Shown: positions 62,701 through 64,000 of the stretch, in pieces | Layout: each line of letters opens with the position of its first letter | How positions within the stretch are numbered: the first letter of the stretch is position 1 | Assembly (NCBI RefSeq): GCF_964355755.1 | Contig: NC_092670.1 | Coordinates: 20,260,795 to 20,324,794, forward strand | Direction: 5' to 3' | Length of the DNA: 64,000 nucleotides | Source of the DNA: Antedon mediterranea | Taxonomy: Eukaryota; Animalia; Echinodermata | Position numbers and translations under genes: made by a program | The notes under the pieces: model-generated | Told to the model about the DNA's origin: nothing | Databases searched by the model: none | What the model saw: the letters and a program-made list of their open reading frames with translations, nothing else

Positions 62701-63845
62701 AATTTCGTTGCGTTCTTTCCATGCAGTTGTTAAAAATAATTTACAATATTTGTCAAAGATGTTACTTGCTAATACATAGTTAATATTGTTTATACATTGG
62801 ATTTGATATTCTTCATGAATTTCTAGGTCGTCAAAAAAAAGGTGATATTTAAGTTCAGGTGAGCTTGACATGAATAAGTCCCATATTTTATGCAAATCAT
62901 TGTTGCATAGATCTTCTTTAGTAATTTACTCTCTGTACATTAGTGTCCAGGATGAGAAAGTTAACCTATATACAGCTCAAAAACTGTTTTGAGGAAAATC
63001 CTGGTACTATGCCAGCGCTACTGGCGCTTGAACTTACTCAACCTAGTGATTGAAATACAAGCACTGGTTAACCGCCAAACCACACTGTCAAATGACAAAT
63101 TTTAAAAAATGAAACTACTGTTGTCATATGTTTTCATCACCTAAGTCATGACGATGATGTTTAAAATATTCCTGATGGTACTACCATAATCACCGATCCT
63201 GGATTGTATTCTAAGCATATCTCCTAGTTCCCAGGGGAATGTCCCAGGCATTCCGCATTCACTATCTATACTCTTCCAAGTATGATTTGTTTCCTGGCTT
63301 GAGAGAAGCATTGCAGATATTGGCCAAGGGCATTCATACATACAATCTAAATACAATTACAGTTGTGGTAGTAATTCTACTGCAGGTAATGCAGTAATTC
63401 TACTGCATTTATTGCAGTAATTCTATTGCAGTTAATGCAGTAATTCTACTGCAATAGATGCAGTAAATTCTATTGCAGCGAATGTACTGCAGTGAATGCA
63501 ATATAATTCTACTGCAGTGAATGCAGTAATTGTACTGCAGGTAATGCAGTAATTCTATTGCAGGTAACAATGCCGTAATTCTACTGCAATTAATACAATA
63601 ATTTTACTGCAGTTATGCAGTAATTCTGCTGTACTGAATGAATATGAATACAAAACATTTTGTGTATATTTTTTAATTTGAAAAAAAATGTATTTTTGTT
63701 GTATTATTTAAATAAATTATATTATAATAGTAATTTTGTTATTTTTTCAGAGGTGCTACTTGATACTCAATTAACACAAGTTATGTTATTTAACTCTCAC
63801 CTACAATCATTATGGAATATTCCACGTGATCAGCTCACAAAACAG
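38741..63845 (+). CDS. fng: Fringe beta-1,3-N-acetylglucosaminyltransferase (GT31, LFNG/RFNG/MFNG family); 3' exon(s) lie beyond the window
   Basis: Exons 38741-39289, 51915-51963, 54922-54964, 56078-56137, 57728-57878, 58200-58285, 59142-59212, 63751-63845, phases consistent. N-terminal hydrophobic signal-anchor and stem, then [56 protein letters not shown] (DxD), [31 protein letters not shown] and [12 protein letters not shown], all hallmark Fringe motifs. Confidence 0.95.
40785..41256. mobile_element. MULE-like non-autonomous element
   Basis: 9-bp flanking duplication TACAGACAG (40776-84) / TACAGACTG (41257-65). Ends are GGTTCTAGGATGAAAC and GAATCGTCCTGTTACC, with 15-16-bp subterminal tandem repeats (CAGGGCCGAATCGTC). 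Confidence 0.6.
41277..42351. mobile_element. PIF/Harbinger non-autonomous element (about 1.07 kb), copy 1, fringe intron 1
   Basis: TIR GGCCCTGTTCAGACCCATGGCGTTAGACCGTTTTAGCGTAC at both ends, subterminal palindromes TAGCGTACGACGCTA, flanks TCA/TTA. Highly similar to 59288-60372. Confidence 0.9.
47069..47703. mobile_element. Degenerate TIR element (mariner-like)
   Basis: GTTTATACAACAC near 47083 is inverted as GTGTTGTATAAAC near 47668. The ends are TACTGTA and TACAG. Confidence 0.4.
48452..49017 (+). repeat. Near-identical 283-bp tandem duplication in fringe intron 1
   Basis: GAATTCCATAAGGGCTTTACT...CTGTAGCTTTTTTAAG starts at 48452 and again at 48735, with only a few differences. Confidence 0.92.
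52117..52626. mobile_element. 510-bp MITE with about 50-bp TIRs and AAT flanks (Harbinger/ISL2EU-like, inferred)
   Basis: AGGGAGGTTTCGCAACCTTACGAATACGATAAC.AAAACGGATACGTCA at the left end and its reverse complement at the right end. AAT on both sides. Confidence 0.85.
53767..53921. mobile_element. AGCTCTGTCTACAC-family MITE copy in fringe intron 2
   Basis: Both TIRs, TTA TSD, and CArG boxes at 53815, 53836 and 53865. Confidence 0.88.
58379..58817. mobile_element. MITE with GGGCGGATTGCTATAA TIRs
   Basis: GGGCGGATTGCTATAA at 58379 and TTATAGCAATCCGCCC ending at 58817. An internal repeat ATTGCTATAAAACAGTCTTA is present. Confidence 0.75.
59288..60372. mobile_element. PIF/Harbinger non-autonomous element, copy 2, fringe intron 7
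   Basis: Same sequence and orientation as 41277-42351, with left flank TTA. The right TIR is followed by tandem copies of itself. Confidence 0.9.
60341..61490 (+). repeat. TIR-derived 33-bp tandem arrays (14 + 12 units), each followed by the same 141-bp flank
   Basis: Unit AACGGTCTAACGCCATGGGTCTGAACAGGGCCT spans 60341-60806 and 60950-61349. The identical flank TAAATTAAGAAAAC...CTTATAGCT occurs at 60807-60947 and 61350-61490. Confidence 0.95.
62468..62900 (-). mobile_element. 5'-truncated non-LTR retrotransposon 3' end
   Basis: The minus-strand ORF 62895-62650 contains [16 protein letters not shown], resembling the C-terminus of LINE ORF2 proteins. It is followed by an AT-rich UTR, AATAAA and a (TTA)n tail at 62468-62494. 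Confidence 0.45.
63369..63632. repeat. Degenerate minisatellite of about 23 bp with a hairpin unit
   Basis: About 11 copies of TGCAGTA-ATTC-TACTGCA(GGTAA); each unit is an inverted repeat. Confidence 0.8.
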
Positions 63846-64000
63846 GTAACTTAAACTATGTACAAAATGTTTTATTTTCATAAACAAACATTCCAGGTTT
63901 CTAGAGGATAATCGGCCAGTGAATCTTTTGTGAAGAGGCGTTGTTCACAGCAAAATCCTACACCCTTGGTAAAGAATCCCAACCAAACTTTGCAATCAAT

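Noticed and set aside
71-63845. U12-type or other non-canonical introns in the four genes
   Set aside because: All reconstructed introns are GT-AG and none has the RTATCCTT donor.

Overview
AT-rich, intron-rich animal genomic DNA, not prokaryotic. A Deu-domain SINE and vertebrate-like gene content suggest an invertebrate deuterostome such as an echinoderm (inference). I reconstructed four protein-coding genes by hand from GT-AG exons: (1) the 3' part of INTS1 (+, 35 exons visible, stop at 19253); (2) a complete IQCE orthologue (-, 19 exons, about 697 aa, three IQ motifs); (3) a complete IFT27/RABL4 (-, 7 exons, 186 aa); (4) a Fringe glycosyltransferase (+, 8 exons visible, running off the right edge). 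Introns and intergenic DNA are full of non-autonomous elements: Harbinger/Tourist-like, hAT, MULE, Tc1/mariner, Helentron-like, a TGT..ACA element, and SINE/LINE ends. The most notable oddities are: an unexplained chain of short, mutually similar, apparently non-coding exons between IFT27 and fringe; a Harbinger element whose right terminus is amplified into 26 tandem 33-bp copies; a MITE family (about 17 copies) carrying phased CArG/SRF boxes; abundant TACAGTA/TACTGTA transposon-footprint-like scars; and tandem repeats built from splice-site sequence. No CRISPR array, rRNA or intact tRNA gene was seen. All homology statements come from my recognition of the translations, not from database searches.
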